A DNA stretch of 46,451 nucleotides, from NCBI GenBank assembly GCA_003661385.1, contig QMWA01000002.1:1-46451 (forward strand), read 5' to 3'. The number at the start of each line of letters is the position of its first letter. The first letter of the stretch is position 1. The stretch is from Thermoproteota archaeon (GTDB taxonomy: Archaea > Korarchaeota > Korarchaeia > B14-G2). A program made the position numbers and the translations under genes. The notes under the pieces are model-generated. The model did not search any database. It was given only the letters and a program-made list of their open reading frames with translations, and was not told the DNA's origin. Shown here one piece after another: positions 26,832 to 36,137 of the stretch.

Positions 26832-27009
26832 GGCATGTAAGTCCTGTAGAGCAATAGTAATAGAGGGGGATAAGTGCAGCAGGTGTGGTTCTACACAGCT
26901 CACACATAACTGGGACGTGCTCTTTATATTACTTGACTCAGATAGGTCTGAGCTTGCTAAGAGGCTTGATGTAGACACGGAAGGAGCATACGCCCTGCTG
27001 GTGAAGTAA
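26812..27009 (+). CDS. spt4: transcription elongation factor Spt4 (RpoE'')
   Basis: KACKSC...C..CGS...W......D...SELAK.L.....G.YAL. Confidence 0.92.
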   Translation: MNRVRLKACKSCRAIVIEGDKCSRCGSTQLTHNWDVLFILLDSDRSELAKRLDVDTEGAYALLVK

Positions 27010-27010
27010 G

Positions 27011-27331
27011 ATGGAGGAAGCCATAGAAGTAGTCAGTAAGGTTAGTAGGAAGTCAATTCCCAGGAGGGAATACGAGATAAAGGTGAAGCATGCAGGTAGA
27101 GGGATTCCGAGCAGAGCTGAGCTGAGGAAGATGCTGATACCGAATTTAAGGGAGAATCCGGACACGACTGTGATAGTCAAGATACTCGGTGAGACAGGGC
27201 TTCAGGAATCTAAAGTTATCGTTCATGCCTATGACGACAGAGGAGTAATGGAGCTCTTTGAGCCGGGTCACGTCCTTAGAAAGAACTTTCAGATAGAAGA
27301 GAAGGAGGGAGAGGAGGGTGACAAAGGGTAA
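27011..27331 (+). CDS. rps24e: 30S ribosomal protein S24e
   Basis: RRE......H...G.PSR, G...S.....AYD and EP.H...N motifs; operon position. Confidence 0.85.
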   Translation: MEEAIEVVSKVSRKSIPRREYEIKVKHAGRGIPSRAELRKMLIPNLRENPDTTVIVKILGETGLQESKVIVHAYDDRGVMELFEPGHVLRKNFQIEEKEGEEGDKG

Positions 27332-27488
27332 AAAGACCAGCGCATACAGATACTATAAGATGGAGGGGGGCAAGCTCATTAGGCTGAATAAGAAGTGCCC
27401 TAGATGCGGGAGCTTCCTAGCAGAACACAGAGACAGAAGATCCTGTGGGAAGTGCGGATACACGGAATTCAAGCAGACAGAAGCATAG
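27318..27488 (+). CDS. rps27ae: 30S ribosomal protein S27ae (not in the ORF track)
   Basis: Hand translation ...[40 protein letters not shown]. Confidence 0.95.
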   Translation: MTKGKKTSAYRYYKMEGGKLIRLNKKCPRCGSFLAEHRDRRSCGKCGYTEFKQTEA

Positions 27489-27495
27489 CACCAAT

Positions 27496-27506
27496 AAGCT
27501 TAAAAC
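27496..27506 (+). promoter_or_regulatory. TATA box region of tRNA-Arg
   Basis: AAGCTTAAAAC about 25-30 nt upstream of the tRNA. Confidence 0.55.
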
Positions 27507-27528
27507 AACAGAAGCAGCTCTCTAAAGT

Positions 27529-27639
27529 GGGCCCGTAGCTCAGCTCGGATAGGCTCCTGAGGAGAGCGCCGAGGTTACGTGCAGGCCTGCGGAGAGAGTA
27601 GCGAGCCGGAGGCCGAGGGTTCAAGTCCCTCCGGGCCCG
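27529..27639 (+). tRNA. tRNA-Arg(GCG) with three introns: D-loop (about 27550-27563, boundaries ambiguous), 29/30 (27572-27584) and 37/38 (27593-27603)
   Basis: CCG[AGGTTACGTGCAG]GC-CT-GCG-G[AGAGAGTAGCG]A-GCCGG; helices GCGC/GTGC and CTGC/GTAG. Confidence 0.9.
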
Positions 27640-27641
27640 TC

Positions 27642-28340
27642 TTATGTTATAGGAGGCACGACTAGAGTCACTTGATCTCCATCCTTAAGGCTAAGAGCGG
27701 CACGTAAGTTCTTTGGGGAGATTACCTCGACTATTCCTCGTGGGTGATGGGTCCTCTCAGGCTTGACTATGTGCACCCGCTCAGACCTGTTGAGAGAGGC
27801 AAGATAGCAGTAAACAGCACCATACCTCCTACCTTCATGTGTAAACCCTGGAATAACTATTGGAGACAGCAGTCGCTCGATGGCTATTAGCTTCGGTAGG
27901 TCTCTCTCATGTAGCCTAATGTTGAGTGTCCCAGGATATGGTGTATAGCCCAGCTTCTCCTTGAAAGATGAGAGGTATCTGGGGAGAGACATGTAATATC
28001 TGCCTTCACCGAGGCCTGAGACTACATTCCCATGTAAAACAGCTGGGATCGACATGTCAAGAAGAGCCTTAGAGAGAGTGGAATATAGCTCCTCTAGTAT
28101 AGCGACTGCCTGTCTACTTAGCTTTAACCTAAGCTCCCCTCTCTCCCTCCTCAGCTCGATGAGCCCATGCTGAGACAGCTCTGATATCCAGCGGTATGCT
28201 GTCTGCCGTGGGATGCCTACTTTAGATGCAACATCCCTCGGAGTAAGGTAGCTGCTGATGCCGCTCTCAGATAGCTTAATCAGAGCATAGAGCAGTCTAG
28301 GTGGTAGATCGCTGTATGACAGCAAACAGGCACCAACCAT
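27642..28340 (-). CDS. ribK: CTP-dependent riboflavin kinase with N-terminal HTH (RbkR)
   Basis: G.VVSGLGEGRYY, PYPGTLN, PERTHH and LR..L.LKDGD motifs; N-terminal wHTH; start uncertain. Confidence 0.93.
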   Translation of the reverse strand: MVGACLLSYSDLPPRLLYALIKLSESGISSYLTPRDVASKVGIPRQTAYRWISELSQHGLIELRRERGELRLKLSRQAVAILEELYSTLSKALLDMSIPAVLHGNVVSGLGEGRYYMSLPRYLSSFKEKLGYTPYPGTLNIRLHERDLPKLIAIERLLSPIVIPGFTHEGRRYGAVYCYLASLNRSERVHIVKPERTHHPRGIVEVISPKNLRAALSLKDGDQVTLVVPPIT

Positions 28341-29047
28341 ACAAGTGTAGGGGGGTTAATATAGCTAGAGCAATACAAGCACAGAAACTGCTTGCTAGGA
28401 AAGTCGTAACAAGGGACTTAGGTGGCGAGGTCAGGAGAGTCGCAGGAGTCGATGTAAGCTACCCATGTGAGAAGAAAGCTCTAGCCTGCCTAGTTGTCTA
28501 CGACTTGGAGTTAGGTAGAGCTACTGAGGCAAGCTGTGCACTATGTGAAGTCAGGGTCCCATACATCCCTGGGCTTCTAGCTTTTCGAGAGCTTAAGCCT
28601 ATGCTTATGGCTGTGAGGGAAGCTGGCAGCTTTGATGCTATTATAGTGAATGGCTGTGGTGTAAACCACCCTAGAAGGCTTGGGCTTGCATCTCACCTCG
28701 GCATCGTGGCAGGAGTCAGAAGCATTGGAGTAACTAAAAGAAGCCTCATCAAGGAAGGCATTCTAGAGGAGAGAAGCGGGTACGTAGTCAGAGTAGTTGA
28801 TGGTGAAGCCGTTGAAGCGATATTAAGAGCCAAGACCGGAGGCCGTCTTGTAGTCGGGGTAGGGCATGGCTTCTCGTTGGAGACGGCAGTATCCGTGGTG
28901 AGAGAGCTACTTGGTTGGAGGAGGTTTCCACTCCCACTTGCTGAGGCTCACATGCTCTCGTCTAAGATGGCGCGGTTGCTGAGGGCAGAAGCAAGCTTAG
29001 CAGACAGAAAATCTGACCTACACCTATCTAACAGTCCTCTTATGTAG
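28316..29047 (+). CDS. nfi: endonuclease V family protein (conserved DG motif reads NG)
   Basis: AGVDVSY, PYIPGLLAFRE, G.G..HPRR.GLASHLG and P.PL..AH motifs; start uncertain. Confidence 0.88.
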   Translation: MTANRHQPYKCRGVNIARAIQAQKLLARKVVTRDLGGEVRRVAGVDVSYPCEKKALACLVVYDLELGRATEASCALCEVRVPYIPGLLAFRELKPMLMAVREAGSFDAIIVNGCGVNHPRRLGLASHLGIVAGVRSIGVTKRSLIKEGILEERSGYVVRVVDGEAVEAILRAKTGGRLVVGVGHGFSLETAVSVVRELLGWRRFPLPLAEAHMLSSKMARLLRAEASLADRKSDLHLSNSPLM

Positions 29048-29565
29048 TCTACCTTGGGCCTTATGGGAATGAGCGCCTCAGGGTAAACCAGCGTTGACAG
29101 AGAGCTGTATATATCGTCTATGAGCTCAATGCATCTTTCAGCGTACTCTAAGTCTCCACTTAGCATCTTGGTTAGCATGATCCTCCTTAGCTCACCTGCT
29201 ACATCAGCTAAGCCGAGAAGGTACTCTCTAGAGGGGATACCGAGGTCGGCATGAGTTGGAATGGGGTCCCCCTTTAGTATAGCGAGTAGGATAGCGGCTT
29301 CAGCCAACTCCTGAGAGACGCTGCTCAGATACCTCTCTACCAGAGCTGTGCTCCTAGAATCCCAGCAGCTTCTCAAAGCTAACCTGTACCTCTCCAGCGA
29401 GCTGGTGATAAGCTGCTGAGCTTCTTCTAAGGCGCCCCTGACTAGCAAGCTTATAGCTCTCTTGATGCTACGCTGAAGGTCTCTAGCTAGCTTAAACACC
29501 TTCTCTCGGATCTCATCATACCTGTCAAGCTCTTTCCTAGCTTCCTCAACAGCAGCAGAGAACAT
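28948..29565 (-). CDS. archaeal translin/Trax family protein
   Basis: D..RE......R, QE..EA, YLLGLADV.GELRR and R.K.D motifs. Confidence 0.9.
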   Translation of the reverse strand: MFSAAVEEARKELDRYDEIREKVFKLARDLQRSIKRAISLLVRGALEEAQQLITSSLERYRLALRSCWDSRSTALVERYLSSVSQELAEAAILLAILKGDPIPTHADLGIPSREYLLGLADVAGELRRIMLTKMLSGDLEYAERCIELIDDIYSSLSTLVYPEALIPIRPKVDYIRGLLDRCRSDFLSAKLASALSNRAILDESM

Positions 29566-29622
29566 GAAGCTCTTAGGAAGTTGGGTTTAAAAACATGGAG
29601 CTGAAGGTACTTTGGGTGTAGG

Positions 29623-30585
29623 ATGGTAGAGATTCCACCTGATGTCAGGAAAATACTCAGAAAGCAAGGGTATCAGATTGTGCTGAGGCATTCTGGAGTG
29701 AAGCTGTGCTATTGGCTTAGAAGAGCGCTCCTTGATGGAAGGACATGCTACAAGCACAAGTTCTATGGTATAAGGTCTTGGAGATGTATACAGATGAGCC
29801 CAGCTGTCATATACTGCCCCAACTCATGTCTTTACTGTTGGAGAGTCCAGCAGGGGGACATAGAGGGCTTGAGTTGGAGCAAGCATACACCAGAGGCTCC
29901 TGAAGCATGGGATGACCCTGAGGAGATAGCCAAAGAGAGCATTAAAGCTCAGAGGACGTGCATAACAGGGTACAGGGGTGTTAATGCGATAATGAAGAGG
30001 GTAGAGGAGGCGATGGACCCCAAGCATGTTGCAATCTCACTTAGTGGAGAGCCTACGCTATACCCTAGGCTGGGAGAGCTCATAGAAGTCTATAAGAAGA
30101 TGGGAATGACAGTCTTCTTAGTTACAAATGGGCTTTACCCTGAGAAGCTGCTGTCACTTGAAAGCGAGCCAACCCAACTCTATGTCACTATACCTGCCCC
30201 AAACAGCGAGGTCTATAGAAAGCTCTGCAGGCCATCCCTAAGAGACTATTGGAGCAGGCTAATGAGGACTGTGGAGGCCCTGAGCTCCTTTAGCTGCCCA
30301 ACAGTTATGAGGCTAACTCTGGTGAGAGGCATTAACATGATAGATCCAGAGAGCTATGCTGGAATAATAGCTGCAGGCAACCCTACTTACGTCGAGCCAA
30401 AAGCCTACATGCATGTAGGGTACTCGAGACTTAGGTTAACATTCGCACACATGCCCACTCACGAGGATATAAGAGAGTTCTCAGAGAAGCTGGCAGCAGC
30501 ATCAGGATATGACATCATAGATGAGTCTGCTGATAGCAGAGTCGTGCTACTCAGCAGGCTAAAGAAGCCAATCAGGTTCACATAG
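29623..30585 (+). CDS. taw1: 4-demethylwyosine synthase TYW1/Taw1
   Basis: HSGVKLC.W, CYK.KFYGI.S.RCIQM, CxxxCxxC (CPNSCLYC) and SLSGEPTLY motifs. Confidence 0.96.
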   Translation: MVEIPPDVRKILRKQGYQIVLRHSGVKLCYWLRRALLDGRTCYKHKFYGIRSWRCIQMSPAVIYCPNSCLYCWRVQQGDIEGLSWSKHTPEAPEAWDDPEEIAKESIKAQRTCITGYRGVNAIMKRVEEAMDPKHVAISLSGEPTLYPRLGELIEVYKKMGMTVFLVTNGLYPEKLLSLESEPTQLYVTIPAPNSEVYRKLCRPSLRDYWSRLMRTVEALSSFSCPTVMRLTLVRGINMIDPESYAGIIAAGNPTYVEPKAYMHVGYSRLRLTFAHMPTHEDIREFSEKLAAASGYDIIDESADSRVVLLSRLKKPIRFT

Positions 30586-31315
30586 AGGCTAGCAGGATGA
30601 CTGCGGCTGACTGAGCAACGGAAGCTGCTAAGAACATCCAGTCAGTCTTAGACATCGGAGGAAGCCCATATGCCATGGTCCTCTTCTTAGTGTACCCGAA
30701 GCACCTAGACTCCAATGCTTCAGCCAGCTGGTAGCTCCTCCTTATAGCACACACAAGTATTGGAACGAGGAGAGGTATGTAGTTCTTTAGCCTCCTCAAC
30801 AGAGACCCCCTCTCCAGCTCCAACCCCCTTGAAGCCTGCGCATCCATTATCTCCTGGGCCTCCATTGCAAGCGTTGGTATGAATCTTATAGCGGTTGTGA
30901 AGGTGAATGTCACATAGAATGGTATCCTGAGCTTGGTCATGAGGTCGCTTAGCTCAGATGTGTGTGTAGACCTAAAGAAGCTAGCGAAGCAGACTACTAA
31001 GATCACAAGACGAAGGCCCATTGCAAGTGAAAAGCTGAGGTCTCTTGTGAAAACGTAGTTGAGACCGAAAACCATAGCAAAGAGCAGCGAGGTCGACTTT
31101 AAGAGCGAAAGTACCACGGAAGCCACTCCTCCGAGAGCTATAACCGGCAGAACCATTATGACAGCTATCAGGAGCTGAGCTTTTAGGCTAGAGTACGCTA
31201 TTGAAAGCACCATGGCAGCTACCAGCCATATGAGCTTAGGCCGAGGATCTACTCTGCTAAGCCTTGACAGCTTACCCTCATACTCAAATGCTGCCAGAAA
31301 CGACAGAGCTACCAC
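30578..31315 (-). CDS. ecfT: ECF transporter T component
   Basis: DPR.KL, RF.PT...E...I..AQ.SRG and LA.ALESR motifs. Confidence 0.93.
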   Translation of the reverse strand: MVALSFLAAFEYEGKLSRLSRVDPRPKLIWLVAAMVLSIAYSSLKAQLLIAVIMVLPVIALGGVASVVLSLLKSTSLLFAMVFGLNYVFTRDLSFSLAMGLRLVILVVCFASFFRSTHTSELSDLMTKLRIPFYVTFTFTTAIRFIPTLAMEAQEIMDAQASRGLELERGSLLRRLKNYIPLLVPILVCAIRRSYQLAEALESRCFGYTKKRTMAYGLPPMSKTDWMFLAASVAQSAAVILLASM

Positions 31316-32129
31316 CTAGCTTGAGAGCTATGCTCTCGGCAAGCACCCCGTAGTCAAGAGACCTCGGTACAGAGAACCCTCTCTTGGATAGGTGGGCGTA
31401 TAGGTCTACAGATACCGGAGGAACCAAGTTACATGACTTAAGAAGGGTATAGTTGAAGAATATGTCTTCAGGAACACCTTCAGCTATCACTTTACCCTTA
31501 GACAGGAGAACAACCTTATCAGCACCTAGCTCGGATGCCCACTCGACATCGTGTGTTATCACAAGCACAGCTTTCCCCTCAGCCTTCATGCCGAAAATCA
31601 GGTCTATAAGAGCCTTCTTCTGCTTTGCATCTTGGCCTATGGTCGGCTCATCTAAGATCAAGTACTTTGGCTGCATCGCATACACAGAAGCTATCGACAG
31701 ACGCTTCATCTCCCCGCCACTAAGCTGCCACGGCGGTGTTGAAGCATATCTCTCCAAGCCAAACTTCCTTAGGACAGAGAGAGCCTCGTCTAAGGCCTCC
31801 TTATCGCCTAATCCTAGATTCCTCAGGCCAAAGGCAACTTCCTCAGCAGCGTTCTCAGCAAAAAACTGGTGCTCAGGGTTCTGAGGCACATAGCCGACTA
31901 TCCTACAGAGCTCTGCTACGCTATGCTCTCGGGTATCTAGGCCATCTACCACAACACGGCCTGACTTAGGCTTCAGCAACCCATTCAATAACTTAGCTAA
32001 GGTAGTTTTACCAGAGCCATTCTCCCCCATCAGAAGAACCACATCCCCATCGCTTATAGTCAGCGATACATCATCTAACACAGTGGCCCCCCTGCTGTAC
32101 CAGAAACAGACTCTTTCAACGGAGATCAA
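31284..32129 (-). CDS. ecfA2: ECF transporter ATPase A'
   Basis: GENGSGKTT, QNPEHQFF, LSGGE and DEPT.GQD motifs. Confidence 0.92.
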   Translation of the reverse strand: MISVERVCFWYSRGATVLDDVSLTISDGDVVLLMGENGSGKTTLAKLLNGLLKPKSGRVVVDGLDTREHSVAELCRIVGYVPQNPEHQFFAENAAEEVAFGLRNLGLGDKEALDEALSVLRKFGLERYASTPPWQLSGGEMKRLSIASVYAMQPKYLILDEPTIGQDAKQKKALIDLIFGMKAEGKAVLVITHDVEWASELGADKVVLLSKGKVIAEGVPEDIFFNYTLLKSCNLVPPVSVDLYAHLSKRGFSVPRSLDYGVLAESIALKLGGSSVVSGSI

Positions 32130-32976
32130 GGCTACTCACCGCAGATGAAAGCTGATCCACCAGAGAGGAAACTGTCAGGGCTTTGATCGGCAGCTTAATC
32201 CCAAGCTCCTCAAGCTTCAGCTGAAGCTGCACTACACGCGGCGTCGATACCCCAAGAGAACTCAAGTTCGAATCAAATAGCACTTCCTCTGGTGGCCCGT
32301 CTCGCACAAGCTGACCCTCGCTGAAAACCAGGATCCTGGTAGCTAAAGGAGTGAAGACATCAAGCCTATGCTCTACTATCACAATGGTGGTCTCCATCTC
32401 TCTTAGCTGGCTTAGCATTAGAGCAAGCTGGAGAGCGCTCATTGGATCTAACTCAGCAGTAGGCTCATCTAGGACAAGAAGAAGCGGCCGCATAGCGACC
32501 ACAGCTGCTAGAGCTGTCCTCTGCTTCTCTCCACCAGATAGCTTGTATGGGGGGACATCACGTAGGCGGTCGAGGCCAAAGTACTTCAGTATGAACTCTG
32601 TTCTCTTGATTATCTCCTCCCTTGGAAGGCCTAGGTTCTCAAGGCCAAAAGCTATCTCCCTCTCTACTGAAAGAGAGACCAGCTGGTTATCAGGATTCTG
32701 AAACACCAAGCCCACATCCTTAGAGAGAACATACACGGGAATCGTCCTAGTGTCAACTCCATTAATGAAAACACAACCCGAGAACTCACCTTCATAGAAG
32801 TGAGGGATTAAGCCGTTTAGGAGCCTGCAGAACGTCGACTTCCCTGAGCCGCTTGCACCTGTGACCAGTACCACTTCTCCTCTCTTAATTTGCAAACTCA
32901 CGTCTACTATGGCAGGAGCGCTGCTTCCAGCATACTTGAATGTAACATTCTGGATGTCAACTATAGGCTCTGGCAT
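32116..32976 (-). CDS. ecfA1: ECF transporter ATPase A
   Basis: GASGSGKST, FQNPDNQ, LSGGEKQR and LDEPT motifs. Confidence 0.92.
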   Translation of the reverse strand: MPEPIVDIQNVTFKYAGSSAPAIVDVSLQIKRGEVVLVTGASGSGKSTFCRLLNGLIPHFYEGEFSGCVFINGVDTRTIPVYVLSKDVGLVFQNPDNQLVSLSVEREIAFGLENLGLPREEIIKRTEFILKYFGLDRLRDVPPYKLSGGEKQRTALAAVVAMRPLLLVLDEPTAELDPMSALQLALMLSQLREMETTIVIVEHRLDVFTPLATRILVFSEGQLVRDGPPEEVLFDSNLSSLGVSTPRVVQLQLKLEELGIKLPIKALTVSSLVDQLSSAVSSLDLR

Positions 32977-33047
32977 GCATAGCTCAACACTTAAGTGTCC
33001 ATCATGTACCTATTTTTAACCTAATCCAAGCGCGGTGAGAGGAGAGC

Positions 33048-33638
33048 ATGTCCTCAAGAAAAAGGGGGAAGAGAAGGATACCGAAGCAGTGGATGCCTGT
33101 CATTGCTTTAGATGTGTTTAAGGGTAAGACAATAGGCACAGTCCTTGTAGGGAAGCCAAAGTCCGCTGTGGGCAGGATCCTAGAGGTTACCCTCAGAGAT
33201 TTGACTGGAAGCTTTGAACATGAGAAATACAAGCTTTACTACAGGATAACAGAAGCCAAAGACAGCACAGTTTATGGAAGATTCTGTAAAGCGGCGATAA
33301 GCCGAGATTTTAGGGCATCGATGATAAGGAGGAGAAGCAGCTTGGTAGAGCTGTTCGTCGATTCTAAGACGAGCGATGAGATCCCAGTGAGGCACTTCCA
33401 CACCATAGTAACTAGGTACAGGATCCGAACCAGCATGAAGAAGGCAATAAGGAAGCTTGTCTCAGAGAAGCTGCTAGAGATAATCCCAACACTGACTCTA
33501 GAGGAGTACATAAAGTCAGTGCTCTTCGGCAGCCCAGTCAAGCTAAATGAAGAACTTGCACAGGTCTCCAGGAAGATATGCCCCATAAAGAACGTTGATC
33601 TAAGGAAGCTGCTGAGAACAGACATGATAAGAAGGTAG
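33048..33638 (+). CDS. rps3ae: 30S ribosomal protein S3Ae (eS1)
   Basis: K.W..V.A...F....G, GR..EVTL.DLTG, SMIRR.SS and KI.P motifs. Confidence 0.92.
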   Translation: MSSRKRGKRRIPKQWMPVIALDVFKGKTIGTVLVGKPKSAVGRILEVTLRDLTGSFEHEKYKLYYRITEAKDSTVYGRFCKAAISRDFRASMIRRRSSLVELFVDSKTSDEIPVRHFHTIVTRYRIRTSMKKAIRKLVSEKLLEIIPTLTLEEYIKSVLFGSPVKLNEELAQVSRKICPIKNVDLRKLLRTDMIRR

Positions 33639-33644
33639 TCCTGT

Positions 33645-34649
33645 GTGGAGGCAGTAGTGCTGGCAGCAGGAATAGGCAAAAGACTGAGGCCTATAACACT
33701 TAGTAGGCCAAAGGTCATGATAGAAATCGCTGGAAAGCCCATACTAGAGCACAACCTGGAGGCTCTCAAATCAATAGGAGTAGATAGAGTGGTTGTTGTA
33801 GTAGGCTATAAGGCAGCAGACATCATCAGATATTTTAGCAGAAAGGAGGAATGGAAAAGAATCGAGTTCATAGTACAGGAGAAACAGCTTGGAACAGGTC
33901 ACGCGCTAGCATGTGCGCAAGAAAAACTGAGAGAAGACGCCACAATAGTCTACTATGGTGATGTCTTGGCAGATATACAGTCATTATGCAAGTTTGCTGA
34001 CAAGGCATCCAGCGGAGAGGCTGCTATAGCAGTCTACGAGGTGGAAAGGCCATGGGAGTATGGTGTATGCATTATAAGAGGGGGGGAGCTGGCAGGAATC
34101 GTAGAAAAACCCAGACCAGGGGAAGCTCCAGGAAAGCATGTTTTCGCTGGAATAGTGGTTGCAGACAAGCAGATCATTAGCAAGCTAAGGGAGCTTAAGC
34201 CATCTAAGAGGGGGGAGATCGAGCTCACAGATGCACTCATCAAGGCAGCATACAGCACTAGAATAGAGGCTATAAAGCTAGACAAATGGGTGGATATTGG
34301 CAGAGCACATAACCTCATAAAGTCCATTGAGATCATAGCTGAGAACACGGAATACAAGGGATTTGATAGAGGTAGAGTAGCATATGTAGACAGCGAAGCA
34401 GATGTCAAGGGAGAGATAGGCCCCCTAGTATCTATATCAGAGGGGGCATACGTCGGAGAGGGCAGCACCATAAGGCGAGCAGTTGTTTTAAAGTACAGCA
34501 GCATAGGCGCCTCGTGCCTAATAGAGAACACCGTCATCGGTGAGAGGGCTCATATATCAGCCAACTGCAAGCTAATAGGGAGAGAAGACAGTGCTCTGAT
34601 AGTTGGAGACGAGAGCAAGCTGGGCAGCAATACCCATATTAGAGTATAA
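33645..34649 (+). CDS. sugar-phosphate nucleotidyltransferase with C-terminal hexapeptide repeats
   Basis: LAAG.GKRLRP.T..RPK, Q..QLGTGHA, EKP and RGE.ELTD motifs. Confidence 0.92.
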   Translation: MEAVVLAAGIGKRLRPITLSRPKVMIEIAGKPILEHNLEALKSIGVDRVVVVVGYKAADIIRYFSRKEEWKRIEFIVQEKQLGTGHALACAQEKLREDATIVYYGDVLADIQSLCKFADKASSGEAAIAVYEVERPWEYGVCIIRGGELAGIVEKPRPGEAPGKHVFAGIVVADKQIISKLRELKPSKRGEIELTDALIKAAYSTRIEAIKLDKWVDIGRAHNLIKSIEIIAENTEYKGFDRGRVAYVDSEADVKGEIGPLVSISEGAYVGEGSTIRRAVVLKYSSIGASCLIENTVIGERAHISANCKLIGREDSALIVGDESKLGSNTHIRV

Positions 34650-34670
34650 GGACAGAATACGGGAGCTAAG

Positions 34671-36137
34671 GTGCGAGTAGTAGTATGCTATCCAGCACCC
34701 TATAGGGTTGGGTTCAGTGGAGCAACAGTGCCGCTCTTGTATAGCTTATTTGAAGCACAAGGTGTAGAATGTGAGCTTGCCTTCCTAGATACGATACCAG
34801 TTAGCTTAGAAGGCAAGAGAAACCTAAGGGACTTTGACATCATAGCGTTTACTGTGCAGTATGAGTGGGAGTACGTGAACCTCGTCAAGATGCTGTTAGC
34901 CTCTGGGATAAAGCCCACTAAGCCCAGGAAAGGGCCTATCATAGTTGGTGGAGGGCCCTGCATCACCTCGAATCCCGAGCCTCTAGCAAACATACTCGAT
35001 GTAGCTGTGGTGGGAGACGCTGAGGAAGCCATTCCCAGGCTATGTGAAGCTGCTGCCGAGGGACTAAGCGGAATTGATTCACTCATGGGAGAGGAAGGAT
35101 TCTATTTTTTCAGCGAGAAGTGTAGGAGAGCTGTCTCGAGCGAGATAGCTGAGGCCAAGCTCCCCAGCGTGGCATCTGAGAGGATAGAAGCTACAGTCTA
35201 TGGGAGAGCAGCTAGAGTAGAAGTGGTCCGAGGATGCCCTATGCTCTGCAGATACTGCCTCATCGGGTGGACAGCTAAGCCCTATAGGGAAAAGCCCATA
35301 GAAAAAGCTATATCGGAGATAAGAGAGCAGGCAGAGAGCGTACAGGCCAAAAAGGCTGTGCTAATCGGAGCCGGGCTGACATTCTACAGCAGATTTGAGG
35401 AAATCTGTGAGAGAATAGGGACGCTGGGAGTAGAGGGGAGCATGGCTTCCATTAGACCAGAGCTCATAAACAGAGAGAAGCTGATAGCTATGAGAAGACT
35501 TGGCCAGAAAACTCTCACAATGGGTGTTGAAACAGGGTCAGACAAGCTTAGGGACGCCATTGGAAGAGGAGGTAGCTCCGAGGACGTGCTGGCGGCGGTT
35601 CAAGAAGCTGTAGAAGCTGGCTTCAGCAAGGTGAAGGTGTACCTGCTGGTTGGTTTGCCCGGGGAGAGAGAGGAAGATCTAGCTGAGACAGCCAAGCTTG
35701 TTGAGGAAATTAGAAGGCTAAATGTCAGAGTGCAGGCTTCAATAAACCCGCTTATACCGAAGGCCCATACACCATCTCAGTACTGGGGCTTTATCGGCTA
35801 TAGGGAGGCCAGCGTGAGAGCTAGGAAGCTAGCAGCTATGCTGAGGAAGGTAGGCGTGAAAGCAGCACCTGGCATAAGCCCCTCTGAGGCAACCATACAG
35901 GCAATGCTCTCACTGGGAGGAAGGGAGCTGGGGGACATGATAGTGAAGGCTGCTGAAGCTGGTAGGGGAGCAGGAGGATGGAGGAGGGTTCTAAGAGCAT
36001 ACGGGATCAAGCTTGAAGAAATCAAGCCCAAAGTAGATGTAGGAGAGGAAGCCCCATGGGACAGGATAGATGTCGGAGGCACAGAAAAGCTAGTGCTGAA
36101 GGAGTACTATGAGAGCATGAATGCCCTCAGGACCTAG
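34671..36137 (+). CDS. radical SAM protein with B12-binding-like N-terminal domain
   Basis: GGP..T.NPEP, EV.RGCPMLCRYC, ETGS..LR and P.IPK.HTP motifs. Confidence 0.9.
   Translation: MRVVVCYPAPYRVGFSGATVPLLYSLFEAQGVECELAFLDTIPVSLEGKRNLRDFDIIAFTVQYEWEYVNLVKMLLASGIKPTKPRKGPIIVGGGPCITSNPEPLANILDVAVVGDAEEAIPRLCEAAAEGLSGIDSLMGEEGFYFFSEKCRRAVSSEIAEAKLPSVASERIEATVYGRAARVEVVRGCPMLCRYCLIGWTAKPYREKPIEKAISEIREQAESVQAKKAVLIGAGLTFYSRFEEICERIGTLGVEGSMASIRPELINREKLIAMRRLGQKTLTMGVETGSDKLRDAIGRGGSSEDVLAAVQEAVEAGFSKVKVYLLVGLPGEREEDLAETAKLVEEIRRLNVRVQASINPLIPKAHTPSQYWGFIGYREASVRARKLAAMLRKVGVKAAPGISPSEATIQAMLSLGGRELGDMIVKAAEAGRGAGGWRRVLRAYGIKLEEIKPKVDVGEEAPWDRIDVGGTEKLVLKEYYESMNALRT

Noticed and set aside
30578..32976. 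ECF module without an S component; Bud32 without an adjacent Kae1
   Set aside because: Stand-alone ECF energising modules and dispersed KEOPS genes are common, and the partners may lie outside the window
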